A stretch of 63,957 nt of DNA, the filler included, from Octopus bimaculoides (taxonomy: Eukaryota): the NCBI RefSeq assembly GCF_001194135.2. It is 5 parts of 5 records of this genome, joined end to end, with 100 filler letters (N's around TTAATTAATTAA, not from the genome) between each part and the next. Parts side by side here need not be neighbours in the genome. Positions count along the whole stretch, not along the records: positions 57,004 to 63,957 come from NC_068989.1; 4 more parts are not named here. The stretch is one strand, 5' to 3'. Below, piece by piece: positions 63,726 to 63,957 of the stretch; position 1 is the stretch's first letter; each line of letters begins with the position of its first letter. The notes under the pieces are model-generated. The model saw nothing but the letters and a program-made list of their open reading frames with translations, did no database searches and was not told the DNA's origin. Made by a program: the position numbers and the translations under genes.

Positions 63726-63957
63726 TATATATAATAATAATAATATAAATAATATATAAATATATGCATATATCCATACATATATGTACATACCTACATC
63801 TATATGTATACATACATGCATATATAGGTACAGGACGTCACAAAAAAAAATGTTAAACAATGAGAAACGAAAACATAAAGACGAACTTTTTTTTTCGAAC
63901 AACGATACATGCAACATAAAGAATATATATATATATATAGCTGTAAAAATATGACAC

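Overview
AT-rich eukaryotic scaffold dense in microsatellites and transposons. It is most likely from a coleoid cephalopod (Octopus-like); this is my inference from recognising the SINE/RTE repeat families, not from a search. Only one host gene is supportable: the last five coding exons of NUBP2 (Cfd1-type cytosolic Fe-S scaffold ATPase), + strand, 338-7750, with upstream exons outside the window. The rest is repeat: tRNA-headed SINEs, RTE, R4/Dong-like and CR1/L2-like LINE fragments, two Penelope-like (GIY-YIG) relics, two separate Helitron pieces, pogo/Tigger, MULE, hAT and Tc1/mariner relics, and a piggyBac-type MITE. Four artificial 100-nt joins (44N-TTAATTAATTAA-44N) split the window into five blocks whose adjacency is not guaranteed. 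No intact novel protein-coding system, CRISPR array or true RNA gene was found. The best leads are a minimal hammerhead ribozyme in a short element (14531-14577), an RT-deleted Penelope-like element bounded by 54-bp inverted repeats (37514-39094), inverted SINE pairs that could fold a NUBP2 intron into an ADAR substrate, and a possible unannotated promoter near 47.2 kb. Repeat boundaries are approximate unless a TSD or TIR is quoted.
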